This document shows, piece after piece, positions 10,764 to 20,849 of a DNA stretch of 64,000 nucleotides. The position numbers and the translations under genes were made by a program. The stretch comes from an uncultured Muribaculaceae bacterium. Its GTDB lineage: Bacteria > Bacillota_I > Bacilli_A > RF39 > UBA660. The notes below the pieces were generated by a model. It searched no databases, was not told the DNA's origin, and was given only the letters and a program-made list of their open reading frames with translations. The stretch lies in assembly GCA_964369865.1 (NCBI GenBank), contig CAYJFL010000001.1, positions 772 through 64,771 on the forward strand, read 5' to 3'. Position 1 is the stretch's first letter. Each line of letters opens with the position of its first letter.

Positions 10764-12182
10764 TTATAATTTATCTAATTCTGTTTTTAAAAGTTCCATT
10801 GCAGCACTAGGATTAACTTGCCCACGACTAGCTTTCATTACCTGACCCATTAAGAATTTAATAGCTCTATCACGCCCTGCTTTATAATCTTCTATACTAC
10901 TCGGATTATCATTTAAAATAGTTTTTATCATTTCTGTTATAGCACTTGTATCACTAATTTGTTCCATATTATTATCTTTAATAATAGTTTTTATATCTCC
11001 ACCATCTTTAAAAATAATAGCAATTATTTCTTTAGCTTGCTTAGAACTGATTTTTTTATTATCAAGCATCATAACTAAATCAATAAAATTAGTTTTATTA
11101 AAATTAGTTTCTCTAAATGAAATACGTTCTTTATTTAAATAAGAAAGTATGTCCCCTGTTATTAAATTAATAGCAATAACTGGGTTTACTTCTTCAATAA
11201 TTTCTTCTATAAATGTACATAATTCATAATTAGCAATTAAAGCATCAATATTTACATTACTAACATTCATATTAGTATATTTTTCTCTTAAAACATTAGG
11301 TAATGTAGGTAAACTTGATTTCATAGAATTTATTTCTTCATCAGTTAATTTTATTACTGGTAAATCAGGCTCAGGAAAATATCTATAATCATTTCCTGTT
11401 TCTTTTTTACGCATTAAAATAGTACTTTCTTCTTTATCATCAAATCTTCTAGTTTCTTCTGTTATAATTTGACCACTATTTATAATTTCACTTTGACGTT
11501 TAACTTCAAAATCAATACTTTTACGTACATTTGTAATTGAACCTATATTTTTTACTTCTACTTTAGTTCCTAATATTCCACTATTTTCTTCACTAAGTGA
11601 AACATTAGTATCACAACGCATACTACCTTCTTCTATTTTTACATCACTTATTCCTAAATAAAGTAAAATACTTCTTACTGTATCAGCGTAGATGCTCGCT
11701 TCAACTCCTGATTTAATATCCGGTTTACTAACTATTTCAATAAGTGGTACACCAGCTCTATTAAAATTTAACTTTGTTCCACTTGTTGTATGTAAACTTT
11801 TACACGTATCTTCTTCAATATGAATTCTTTCAATACCAATTTTTTTCTTTTCTCCATCAACAATTATTTCAACATAACCATCATATCCAATTGGTGTTTC
11901 TTGTTGAGTAATTTGATATCCTTTGGGTAAATCAGGATAAAAATAATTTTTACGATCAAAGTGCATTTCTTTATTAATTTTACAATTAAGAGCTAATGCT
12001 GCTTTTAATGCTAAATCTACTACTTCACGATTTAATTGCGGAAGCATACCTGGCATAGCCATATCAATTAAACTAATATTTTTATTACTTAAAGAATCAA
12101 AAGAATTAGAAGCATTTGAGTATACTTTATTTTTACTTTTTAACTCAGCATGTATTTCAATACCGATTGTAGGTACTAACAT
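10764..12182 (-). CDS. gatB: Aspartyl/glutamyl-tRNA amidotransferase subunit B
   Basis: 472 aa, MLVPTIGIEIHAELKSKNKVYS...; C-terminal GatB/YqeY domain. Confidence 0.95.
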   Translation of the reverse strand: MLVPTIGIEIHAELKSKNKVYSNASNSFDSLSNKNISLIDMAMPGMLPQLNREVVDLALKAALALNCKINKEMHFDRKNYFYPDLPKGYQITQQETPIGYDGYVEIIVDGEKKKIGIERIHIEEDTCKSLHTTSGTKLNFNRAGVPLIEIVSKPDIKSGVEASIYADTVRSILLYLGISDVKIEEGSMRCDTNVSLSEENSGILGTKVEVKNIGSITNVRKSIDFEVKRQSEIINSGQIITEETRRFDDKEESTILMRKKETGNDYRYFPEPDLPVIKLTDEEINSMKSSLPTLPNVLREKYTNMNVSNVNIDALIANYELCTFIEEIIEEVNPVIAINLITGDILSYLNKERISFRETNFNKTNFIDLVMMLDNKKISSKQAKEIIAIIFKDGGDIKTIIKDNNMEQISDTSAITEMIKTILNDNPSSIEDYKAGRDRAIKFLMGQVMKASRGQVNPSAAMELLKTELDKL

Positions 12183-12183
12183 A

Positions 12184-13614
12184 TTACTTTCCTCCTTTTA
12201 ATTGTTTTTCGATATAACTAGCTAATTTATAAATATTTTCTTCCATAAAACTATTAGCAATTAAATGCATTCCAATTGCTAAATTTTCACTGTTAAATCC
12301 TACTGGTAAACTCATAGCTGGAAGTCCTGCCATATTTACCGGAATAGTTAATAAATCATCATAAAAACTTTTAAGAGCATCATCTAACTTAGTATTTAAA
12401 TCATAAGCTACATTAGTATTAGTAGGTCCGATAATTAAATCATAATTTTCAAATACTGATTTCATACTTTTAGTTAAAGCATCACGTACTTTAAGAGCAT
12501 GGAAATAATATTTATCAGCATTTTCTCCACTAAGTACATAACTACCAATCATAATTCTACGTTTAACTTCATTACCAAATCCTTCACTACGACTTTTACT
12601 ATACAGTTCATCAATAGAATTATAATTATCAGTTAAATGTCCATACTTAATACCATCATATCTTGCTAAATTACTACTAGCTTCACTTAAAGCAATTATT
12701 TGATATAAACTAATTGCTTTATCAAGATATGGTATATCAATATAATCTACTACAATTCCACTATCTTGTAGCATAGAAATTACTTCTTTAATTTTATTTC
12801 TAACTTCTGCATCAATAACATCACTCATATAATAATTTGGAACACATACTTTCATATTACTTACATCAGTATTTAAATATTTGGTATAATCTTTAACTTC
12901 TTCAGTTGAACAAGTTAAATCATTTTTATCTGCTCCACTTATAACATTCAACATAATAGCATTATCATGTACGTTACTTGTCATAGGTCCAACACAGTCT
13001 AAACTAGAAGCAAAAGATATTACACCATATCTACTTACTCGTGAATAAGTTGGTTTTAAACCTACTATTCCACAAAAACTTGCTGGTTGTCTAATACTTC
13101 CACCAGTATCAGTACCTAGCGCTAAACTAACACTATTACTTGCAACACAGCTCGCACTACCACTACTACTTCCACCAGTAACTTTTAATTTATTTAAAGG
13201 ATTAATGGAATGTTTATAATATGATGTTTCACCTGTAGAACCCATAGCAAACTCATCCATATTAGTTTTACCAATTATAATAGCATTTTCTTCTTTTAAC
13301 TTAGTAACTACTGTCGCATCATAAGTAGGTGTAAAATCACTTAACATTTTACTAGCACAAGTAGTTAATATATCTTTTGTAGCTATATTATCTTTAATAG
13401 CTACAGGAATCCCAAAAAGTAAACCTTTTACTTCTTTATCAGCTAATTTATTAGCTAATTTTCTAGCCTCTTCAAAATTAGTAGTTATAAAAGCATTATG
13501 ATCATTGCTTTTTATTTTACTAATTGCTTCTTCAACTAAATCAATTGGTTTAATAGTTTTATTTTTAAATAATTCGTGTATTTCTTTAATACTTAAACTT
13601 AAATAATTAGTCAT
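12184..13614 (-). CDS. gatA: Glutamyl-tRNA(Gln) amidotransferase subunit A
   Basis: 476 aa amidase-signature protein (GGSSSGSA, Ser-cisSer-Lys triad context). Confidence 0.95.
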   Translation of the reverse strand: MTNYLSLSIKEIHELFKNKTIKPIDLVEEAISKIKSNDHNAFITTNFEEARKLANKLADKEVKGLLFGIPVAIKDNIATKDILTTCASKMLSDFTPTYDATVVTKLKEENAIIIGKTNMDEFAMGSTGETSYYKHSINPLNKLKVTGGSSSGSASCVASNSVSLALGTDTGGSIRQPASFCGIVGLKPTYSRVSRYGVISFASSLDCVGPMTSNVHDNAIMLNVISGADKNDLTCSTEEVKDYTKYLNTDVSNMKVCVPNYYMSDVIDAEVRNKIKEVISMLQDSGIVVDYIDIPYLDKAISLYQIIALSEASSNLARYDGIKYGHLTDNYNSIDELYSKSRSEGFGNEVKRRIMIGSYVLSGENADKYYFHALKVRDALTKSMKSVFENYDLIIGPTNTNVAYDLNTKLDDALKSFYDDLLTIPVNMAGLPAMSLPVGFNSENLAIGMHLIANSFMEENIYKLASYIEKQLKGGK

Positions 13615-13897
13615 TTATTACTTTAGGCACAACAATGTAATCACCATCAGACAATTTACTATTTTTAAATGCCTCCTCCTTATCTATCATACTTACTTCT
13701 CCATCACTATACATATCTTTATTAATAGATGGCGTAATCATAGCTTCATAACCATCTACATTTTCATCAGTAAGTTTTTCTATATCATTTAATATTAATG
13801 CTAAATCATTACTATACTTATCTTTCTCTTCATCAGTTAAAGATAATCGTGCAAGTTTAGCAACATGCATTAATTTTTCTTCATTTAATTTTTCCAT
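13607..13897 (-). CDS. gatC: Glutamyl-tRNA(Gln) amidotransferase subunit C
   Basis: 96 aa, position upstream of gatA with an 8-nt overlap; LTDEEKDKYSNDLALILN motif. Confidence 0.88.
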   Translation of the reverse strand: MEKLNEEKLMHVAKLARLSLTDEEKDKYSNDLALILNDIEKLTDENVDGYEAMITPSINKDMYSDGEVSMIDKEEAFKNSKLSDGDYIVVPKVIND

Positions 13898-13950
13898 AGT
13901 TCCTCCTAAATACTAAATAATTATAACATATTTAATAGTTTTTTAATAGA

Positions 13951-13976
13951 TTAAAAAAATCCATAAACATGGATTT
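13951..13976 (-). terminator. Rho-independent terminator overlapping the stop of the 166-aa gene
   Basis: aaatccat-aaac-atggattt hairpin followed by a U-run on the minus transcript. Confidence 0.55.
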
Positions 13977-14475
13977 ATATTAAGTACGGTAAAAATAAAG
14001 TACAAACAAACAACACTAAATATAGTGCAAAAACAATTTTTTTACTACGATTAGATATACTTAATACTTTTTCATTTTTTTGAGCTCGTGCCAACTCTCT
14101 TTTTAATATTGCAGCATTTAAAACTAATGTATCTTCTAAATTAGCTCGTTCTGGATTATCATCAAAACTTATATTTTTAAATTCATAATCTTTTTTACTT
14201 TTATTAAGTTTTGTTTTTAAACTATCTTTTATACTTTTAACACTTTTATCTAAATTTACATTTAACTTAGGCGAAACTGAATTTATTTTGTTTTCCATAT
14301 TATCAATTGTCTTAAAAGTATTACTTAAATCATTTGTGTTTTCTAAAATACCTGGTGTATCACTCAGTACTGATATAGATTCATTTACAATATATTCACT
14401 ACGTTCTTGATCAACTTTAAATTTAGCTTTAATGTCATCTAAAAGTATTAATTTTAACGTTCTGTTTTCAATCAC
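13975..14475 (-). CDS. Hypothetical coiled-coil protein with a C-terminal TM anchor
   Basis: 166 aa, hydrophilic and Lys-rich with a single C-terminal hydrophobic helix (IVFALYLVLFVCTLFLPYLI). No family recognised. Confidence 0.45.
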   Translation of the reverse strand: MIENRTLKLILLDDIKAKFKVDQERSEYIVNESISVLSDTPGILENTNDLSNTFKTIDNMENKINSVSPKLNVNLDKSVKSIKDSLKTKLNKSKKDYEFKNISFDDNPERANLEDTLVLNAAILKRELARAQKNEKVLSISNRSKKIVFALYLVLFVCTLFLPYLI

Positions 14476-14548
14476 GATACCATCTCCATATTAAAAAAAG
14501 TATAACATAAATATAAGTTTAATACAACAAAAAAAGTTCCGAAGAACT

Positions 14549-15541
14549 TTATATCCATACCCCAAAAGCAATAGCTGCCATTGATAATATTAATCCTGTT
14601 GTCCAAAATAATTTAACAACATCACGTTCGTCCCAACCTAGTCTTTCAAAGTGATGATGAAGTGGCGCTATTAAAAATATCTTTCTTTTTAAATATTTTA
14701 TTGATAACAGTTGGATAATACAAGATAATGTTTCAATAACAAATACTCCAGCTACAATAACTAAAGTTATTTCATGACTAGATAATATTGCTACAGTAGC
14801 AAGTGTACCACCTAAGGCTAATGAACCAGTATCTCCCATAAATACTTTAGCAGGATTTGTATTAAAGAATAAAAATCCTAAGATACTACCTACTAAGATA
14901 AAACAAAATATAGCAATATCTTCATTTCCTGTTAAGTAATTAGCATTCCATACTATTAATCCAAATGTTATGAAAGCTATAAAGGATAATCCCCCAGCTA
15001 AACCATCTAAACCATCTGTAAGATTTACAGCATTACTACTACCTACTAAGATAAATAATAAGAAAATTCCATAAAACCAACCCATATTAAGTTCTAAACC
15101 TAATGTATGAATATTTAAAATCGGTTCATTTCCACTACTCATAAATATATAGAAGAATCCTAAAGCTATTATTAATTGAGCTCCCAATTTTTGAATTTCA
15201 GTTAATCCTTCATTCTTACCACGCTTTATAGATAAATAATCATCTATAAATCCTAGTGCTCCATAAAGTATAAACACTAATAACACTATGAATAAATTCT
15301 CACTGAATTCCATTTTATTCATCATAATTAATAATATTGTTGTAAGTATTGTTGGGATTATAAATATTAATCCTCCCATTGTAGGTGTACCTTCTTTTTC
15401 TGTATGGGCACCACCTAAATACTCACTTATTCGTTGACGAATTTTCATCTTTTTCAACATCGGTATCAATATTAACCCTGTTACAATCGCTAATATAAAT
15501 CCTATCATCATTGCTAACATAGCTTTTGCTAAAATTAACAT
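14549..15541 (-). CDS. mraY: Phospho-N-acetylmuramoyl-pentapeptide transferase
   Basis: 330 aa polytopic protein with conserved MraY motifs (MGDTGSLALGG, PLHHHFE). Confidence 0.93.
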   Translation of the reverse strand: MLILAKAMLAMMIGFILAIVTGLILIPMLKKMKIRQRISEYLGGAHTEKEGTPTMGGLIFIIPTILTTILLIMMNKMEFSENLFIVLLVFILYGALGFIDDYLSIKRGKNEGLTEIQKLGAQLIIALGFFYIFMSSGNEPILNIHTLGLELNMGWFYGIFLLFILVGSSNAVNLTDGLDGLAGGLSFIAFITFGLIVWNANYLTGNEDIAIFCFILVGSILGFLFFNTNPAKVFMGDTGSLALGGTLATVAILSSHEITLVIVAGVFVIETLSCIIQLLSIKYLKRKIFLIAPLHHHFERLGWDERDVVKLFWTTGLILSMAAIAFGVWI

Positions 15542-15559
15542 ACTATCACTCCTAAATTA

Positions 15560-16897
15560 CTATATATTATCTTTAATTACTTTTACATCACTAAAATAGC
15601 TTTTTAAGCCATTAATTTCCTGATATTCTTCATGCCCTTTTCCGAGCACTAACAGTATATCATTTTTATTGCATAGTTGTATACCCTTAGTAATCGCATC
15701 ATACCTATTTATTATTATTTCATAATTATTTCTGTCAAGTTTAGACACAATATCGTCAATAATTTCATAAGGATCTTCATATCTGGGATTATCACTTGTA
15801 AAAATACAATGATCACTATTGTTAGTAGCTTCAATCCCCATTAATGGACGTTTAGTTTTATCTCTATTTCCTCCACAACCAATAACTATAATTAACTTAT
15901 TATATTTTATCTCTTTAAACGTAGAAATAATATTTTTAACAGCATCAGGAGTATGTGCATAATCGACTACAGCTATACTATCTTTAAACGGAATAATTTC
16001 CATTCTTCCACTTGGTGCTTCTAATTTTTCAATTACTTCTACAATCTTTTCTTCACTAATTCCTATATCTTTTAAAACACTAATTACAACTAATAAATTA
16101 TATAAATTATATTTACCAATCAACTTAGTCTTATATTTAATTTTATTAATAAAAAATACTGAACCATTTAAATTAAATTTATAATCATCGATTTTTATAT
16201 CTCCATTATCAAGTCCATAAGTAATATTATTATTATGAACTAGAAAAAAACTTTTATAATCATCATCAATGTTAACAATTGCTTTTCCATTATGTTTAAT
16301 TTTATAAAAAAGTTTTTGTTTAGCTAAAGCATAACTTTTCATATCAATATGATAATCTAAATGATCTTGTGTTAAATTTGAAAATATACCGTAGTTAAAA
16401 TTAAGTGTTTCTAATCTATTCATGCTTAAAGCATGACTACTAACTTCCATTACACAGTATGAACAACCATTACTTCTTGCTTTTAACAACAGTTCATAAA
16501 TAGTTACAATATCAGGAGTAGTATTATCTAAGTTTATATAAGTATCATCCATATAAAAACCTATTGTTCCAATATAACAAGCTTTAACACCTAATTTTTG
16601 TAATGCTTGATATATTAAATAGCAACTAGTTGTTTTACCATTAGTACCTGTCATACCTATTAATTTTATATCTTTAATTAAATCATAATAATTATCTTTC
16701 AAGTAATTAGTTAAATACAAATAAGTATCTTTAACTTTAACAGTTTCAACATCATAACTACCGTGGTTACAAATTATTTTAGTTGCTCCATTTTTAATAG
16801 CGTCATCAATATATTTATGTCCATCTTCATTATTACCAACTAATGCGACAAATGTATCTCCAGAAGTTACTAATTTAGAATTAATTTTTATTTTCAT
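15560..16897 (-). CDS. murE: Mur ligase, MurE-like (UDP-MurNAc-tripeptide synthetase) with a DNPR motif
   Basis: 445 aa with the GMTGTNGKTT P-loop, the Mur ligase middle and C-terminal domains, and a DNPR motif in the C-domain (TSDNPRYEDP), which suggests meso-DAP specificity. Confidence 0.8.
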   Translation of the reverse strand: MKIKINSKLVTSGDTFVALVGNNEDGHKYIDDAIKNGATKIICNHGSYDVETVKVKDTYLYLTNYLKDNYYDLIKDIKLIGMTGTNGKTTSCYLIYQALQKLGVKACYIGTIGFYMDDTYINLDNTTPDIVTIYELLLKARSNGCSYCVMEVSSHALSMNRLETLNFNYGIFSNLTQDHLDYHIDMKSYALAKQKLFYKIKHNGKAIVNIDDDYKSFFLVHNNNITYGLDNGDIKIDDYKFNLNGSVFFINKIKYKTKLIGKYNLYNLLVVISVLKDIGISEEKIVEVIEKLEAPSGRMEIIPFKDSIAVVDYAHTPDAVKNIISTFKEIKYNKLIIVIGCGGNRDKTKRPLMGIEATNNSDHCIFTSDNPRYEDPYEIIDDIVSKLDRNNYEIIINRYDAITKGIQLCNKNDILLVLGKGHEEYQEINGLKSYFSDVKVIKDNI

Positions 16898-16933
16898 AAT
16901 TCACCTCTCATTAATAACTTATGAAAAAAAGAA

Positions 16934-18319
16934 CTAGGTTGTTACCCTAGTTCCTATTTTTTTTAAATAATCATTTACTTCTTCAGCATCGTTATGTTTA
17001 ACTTTATGATCACGATAAACAATAAAATCTTCATGACCTTTACCTAAAATTAATAAAATATCTTCACCTTTTAATAAGTCTATTCCTTTTTTTATAGCTT
17101 CTTTACGGTCAATTATAACTTCATAATTATTTTTAGCAATTCCAAAAGTCATATCATGAATTATATCACTTATATTTTCTTCATGTGGATCATCTACAGT
17201 TAATATAGAATGCACTGAATTTTCTAAAGCAATATTAGTCATTAACGGTCTTTTCTCTCGTTCTCTTGTTCCTGTACATCCAAATACAATATATAAATCA
17301 CCTGAATTAATTTGTTTAACTGTATTTATTATTTTTATAAAGGCATCAGGAGTATGCGCATAATCTATAATAATAGAATTATTATTATATAAAATTTTGT
17401 CCATTCTTCCAGCTGGAGCTATTAAAGTACTAACTATTCTTTTAATATTTTTAATATCAAAACCAAATTCTCTTAAAAGAGTTATAACTACTAATAAATT
17501 ATAGATATTATATTCCCCTATTAGTGGTGTTTTTACATCTATTTCTTCATTAAATAATTTTAATGTAAAACTACTTCCTAAATTATTCATTGATAGATTA
17601 GTTGCTGTTACATCTCCATTGGTTAATCCATAAGTTATGTTAGTATTATTTTCTAATAAATAATTATTACTATAACTATCATCAGCATTAATAATACATT
17701 TACCATTATCTTTAACCATTCTAAATAATTTTTGTTTAGCTAAAGCATAATTATCCATTGTTTTATGAAAATCTAAGTGATCTTGAGTTAAATTAGTAAA
17801 TATCGCATAATCATACATTAAATTAAGCACTCTTTTATTTACTAAACCATGACTACTAACTTCCATTACCACATTTTTACAACCTTTTTCATAAGCTTCT
17901 AAAAACAAATGATAAAGTTCTATTATATCTGGAGTAGTGTTTGCTAAATTCCTAATTTTCTCTTTAATATGAAATCCAACAGTTCCTATATACGCTGTTT
18001 TAATTCCATTATTATTAAGTGCATCATGTAAAAGCATTGCAGTAGTTGTTTTACCATTAGTACCAGTTATACCTATTAATTTCATGTCATTAAATATATA
18101 AGCATATTGTTCTTTTAATAATTTAGCTGAATATTCTATTACATCTTCAACTACAATTGTTTCCACACTATAACTACCATGGTTACAAATAATTGTTGTA
18201 GCTCCTTTTTCAATGGCACTTAAAATATGATCATGCCCATCCATTAAAGCTCCTTTAACAGCAACAAATGTATCGCCTGGAACTATTTTTCTTGAATCTA
18301 ATTTTAATTTAATATTCAT
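16934..18319 (-). CDS. Second MurE-like Mur ligase paralog, with a DDPH motif instead of DNPR
   Basis: 461 aa, clearly paralogous to the downstream gene (GITGTNGKTT, same domain order), but the C-domain motif is TVDDPHEEN. Confidence 0.75.
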   Translation of the reverse strand: MNIKLKLDSRKIVPGDTFVAVKGALMDGHDHILSAIEKGATTIICNHGSYSVETIVVEDVIEYSAKLLKEQYAYIFNDMKLIGITGTNGKTTTAMLLHDALNNNGIKTAYIGTVGFHIKEKIRNLANTTPDIIELYHLFLEAYEKGCKNVVMEVSSHGLVNKRVLNLMYDYAIFTNLTQDHLDFHKTMDNYALAKQKLFRMVKDNGKCIINADDSYSNNYLLENNTNITYGLTNGDVTATNLSMNNLGSSFTLKLFNEEIDVKTPLIGEYNIYNLLVVITLLREFGFDIKNIKRIVSTLIAPAGRMDKILYNNNSIIIDYAHTPDAFIKIINTVKQINSGDLYIVFGCTGTREREKRPLMTNIALENSVHSILTVDDPHEENISDIIHDMTFGIAKNNYEVIIDRKEAIKKGIDLLKGEDILLILGKGHEDFIVYRDHKVKHNDAEEVNDYLKKIGTRVTT

Positions 18320-18346
18320 AACTCACCTCTACTTAATTATAACATA

Positions 18347-18697
18347 TTAATCACGTGCTTTAAATATTATTGATAAAAAGAACGCTATTATTATTGCTGA
18401 TACAATTCCAGCACTAGTTAAACTAAACATTCCTGTTAATAATCCAACTATTCCTACTTCCTGAGCTTTATCTAAAGCTCCATGAATTAATGAATGCCCA
18501 AAACTAGTAATTGGTATTAATGCTCCTCCACCTACAAAGTCTACAATTCTGTCATATATTCCAAAAGTATCTAAAAAAGCTCCTACTACAACAAACAAAC
18601 TAGTTACATGACCACTAGTAAGTTTTGTATTGTCTAATATAATTTGTCCAATAAGACATACTAGTCCTGCAAATAAAAACGAATATAAATATATCAT
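18347..18697 (-). CDS. spoVAE: Stage V sporulation protein AE (SpoVAEb-like)
   Basis: About 116 aa membrane protein with GHxxxxGAL-type motifs, immediately downstream of spoVAD. The likely start is the internal Met abutting the spoVAD stop. Confidence 0.65.
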   Translation of the reverse strand: MIYLYSFLFAGLVCLIGQIILDNTKLTSGHVTSLFVVVGAFLDTFGIYDRIVDFVGGGALIPITSFGHSLIHGALDKAQEVGIVGLLTGMFSLTSAGIVSAIIIAFFLSIIFKARD

Positions 18698-18698
18698 T

Positions 18699-19682
18699 TT
18701 ATACCTCCAAACTAATAGCATGAGCTATAGAGGGAATGCTTAATTTTTGATTAACCATATTACTATTCATTAATGCTCCAGTTCCCACCAACAAAACTTT
18801 ACGATATTCTTTCTTTTTCATTAAATCAAAAATATAACTATAACTAACTAATGGTAAGCAACTAGGTCCACTTGCGCCAGCATAAACCTTACTCATTTTT
18901 TTATCATAAAGCATACATCCACTATCACGATGATTATTCATTTTGATATCATATTTATCAAATAAATATTCATTTAAAATCAGTGAGCCATACATTCCTA
19001 AATCTCCAGTTAATATTAAGTCATAATAACTACTATCTCTTTTAGTATCTTTCAAATGTTTATAAATCACATCAGCAGCAGCCGGTGCCATACATGCTCC
19101 CATATGATACGGATCTTTAATATTATTATCAATTACTGTACCAATAGTTGAACTTTCTACTTTTATACCACCTTTTTTTTTGGATAAAAAGGCACTCACT
19201 CCACCAGTTGCTGTAAAAGTTGTAGTTAAAGGTTTTATTCCACCGTATTCAACAGGATATCTAAATTGCTTTTCAGCTGCATTGTTATGAGAACTAGTAG
19301 AACATATACAATTTTTTATTAATCCACCACTAATTAAACTAGCTCCTAATATTAACCCTTCAACACTAGTAGCACAAGCATTATATATACCTAAAAATGG
19401 TATTTGTAAGTCTCTTGCTGTATAATTACTCGCCACTAATTGATTTAATAAATCACCACTAATAAATAAATCAACTTTATTTAATTTCTTATTTAATTTA
19501 TTTAGTACAATATCAATACTATCTTTAATAAGTCTAACTTCCGCAGTTTCCCATGACTTTTCATTAATATAAAAGTCTTCATATGTTTTATCAAAATAAT
19601 TTGACAAAGGTCCACTATTTTCATAACTACCAGCGACCGTACTAGTCGCATTAATATATATATTATTATAATAAAAAGTCAT
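18699..19682 (-). CDS. spoVAD: Stage V sporulation protein AD (thiolase/FabH-like fold)
   Basis: 327 aa, N-terminal YENSGPLS with a FabH-like Cys/His context, sandwiched between spoVAC and spoVAE. Confidence 0.7.
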   Translation of the reverse strand: MTFYYNNIYINATSTVAGSYENSGPLSNYFDKTYEDFYINEKSWETAEVRLIKDSIDIVLNKLNKKLNKVDLFISGDLLNQLVASNYTARDLQIPFLGIYNACATSVEGLILGASLISGGLIKNCICSTSSHNNAAEKQFRYPVEYGGIKPLTTTFTATGGVSAFLSKKKGGIKVESSTIGTVIDNNIKDPYHMGACMAPAAADVIYKHLKDTKRDSSYYDLILTGDLGMYGSLILNEYLFDKYDIKMNNHRDSGCMLYDKKMSKVYAGASGPSCLPLVSYSYIFDLMKKKEYRKVLLVGTGALMNSNMVNQKLSIPSIAHAISLEV

Positions 19683-19683
19683 A

Positions 19684-20118
19684 TTATCCTCCCATAATTA
19701 AAAAGCGTATTGTTCCAAAAACATAAGCACTAACTACTCCGTAAATTATTACTGTTCCACTTAATTTAAACATATTACTTCCTATACCTGTAACTAAACC
19801 TTCATTTCTATATTCCATTGCTGCACTAGTAGTAGAATGAGCAAAACCAGTTATTGGTATTATCAAACCAGCTTTAAATATATTAACCCACTTATCAAAA
19901 AAACCAAGTGCCGTAAATAATGACCCTATAAATATTAAAGTCACAATCATTAACGCTCCTGCTTCTGTTTTATTAATATTTAATATCATAATATATAAAT
20001 CAATTAAACTTTGACCAATGATACCTAATAACCCTCCTGATACAAAAGCTATAAATCCATTTATCAAACGATTCTCTTTAGGTGTATACTTGCTAACTAT
20101 TTCTTCATAATCTTTCAA
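19684..20118 (-). CDS. spoVAC: Stage V sporulation protein AC
   Basis: 144 aa four-TM protein, GFIAFVSGGLLGIIGQ ... ITGFAHSTTSAAMEYRNEGL, typical of SpoVAC. Confidence 0.7.
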   Translation of the reverse strand: MKDYEEIVSKYTPKENRLINGFIAFVSGGLLGIIGQSLIDLYIMILNINKTEAGALMIVTLIFIGSLFTALGFFDKWVNIFKAGLIIPITGFAHSTTSAAMEYRNEGLVTGIGSNMFKLSGTVIIYGVVSAYVFGTIRFLIMGG

Positions 20119-20180
20119 ATTAATCAGCCTCCTAAAAGTAGTATGGAAATAAATTAAAAAAAAATACAGTTTCCTGTATT

Positions 20181-20840
20181 TTAACTACTCATCATTGTTT
20201 TTAATTTTTGCTTAACTTTATCTTCACGACGTGATACTTGAACTTGACTTGTACCTAAATTAAAAGCTATTTCACTTTGACTAATTTCATCGAAATATCT
20301 ACTTTTAATAAGTTCATATTCTTCAGGTTCTAACAAACTTAAACACTCTCTTAATAATATTATATTATCAATATCTTCTGATTTATCAGGTATAACTTCA
20401 TGCAGTGTTAAGTCTTTACTTGAATTAACAATTACTTCATCCATACTTATAAGACAATTTTTTGATAATAAAGCTTCAACTACTAAACTTTCATCTATTT
20501 CTAAAAATTCAGCTAACTCACTAGGTTTGGGTTCTCTATCCATCTGCTGCATATATAATAAATAAGCTTTTTCTATTTTATAATAAAGTTTAGTAACTTC
20601 TCTACTAATTTTTATCCCCTTATTATCTTTAACATATTTACTAATACTTCCATATATATATGGATATGCATACGTTGTAAATTTTACTCCTTTACTAGGA
20701 TCAAAATTATTATACGCTTCAATAAAACCAACTTTACCAACTTGTTTTAAATCTTCACTATCTATACCACTATACTTGAACATTCCAACTACTTTATATA
20801 TTAATCTTGCATTATCTTCAATTAAATTTTCTAAATTCAT
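20181..20840 (-). CDS. sigF: Sporulation sigma factor, SigF/SigG-like (sigma-70 family)
   Basis: 219 aa with region 2 (VGKVGFIEAYNNFDPSKGVKFTTYAYPYIYG) and a region 4 HTH (SQSEIAFNLGTSQVQVSRRE), directly downstream of a STAS-domain gene. Confidence 0.75.
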   Translation of the reverse strand: MNLENLIEDNARLIYKVVGMFKYSGIDSEDLKQVGKVGFIEAYNNFDPSKGVKFTTYAYPYIYGSISKYVKDNKGIKISREVTKLYYKIEKAYLLYMQQMDREPKPSELAEFLEIDESLVVEALLSKNCLISMDEVIVNSSKDLTLHEVIPDKSEDIDNIILLRECLSLLEPEEYELIKSRYFDEISQSEIAFNLGTSQVQVSRREDKVKQKLKTMMSS

Positions 20841-20849
20841 ATATCTCCT

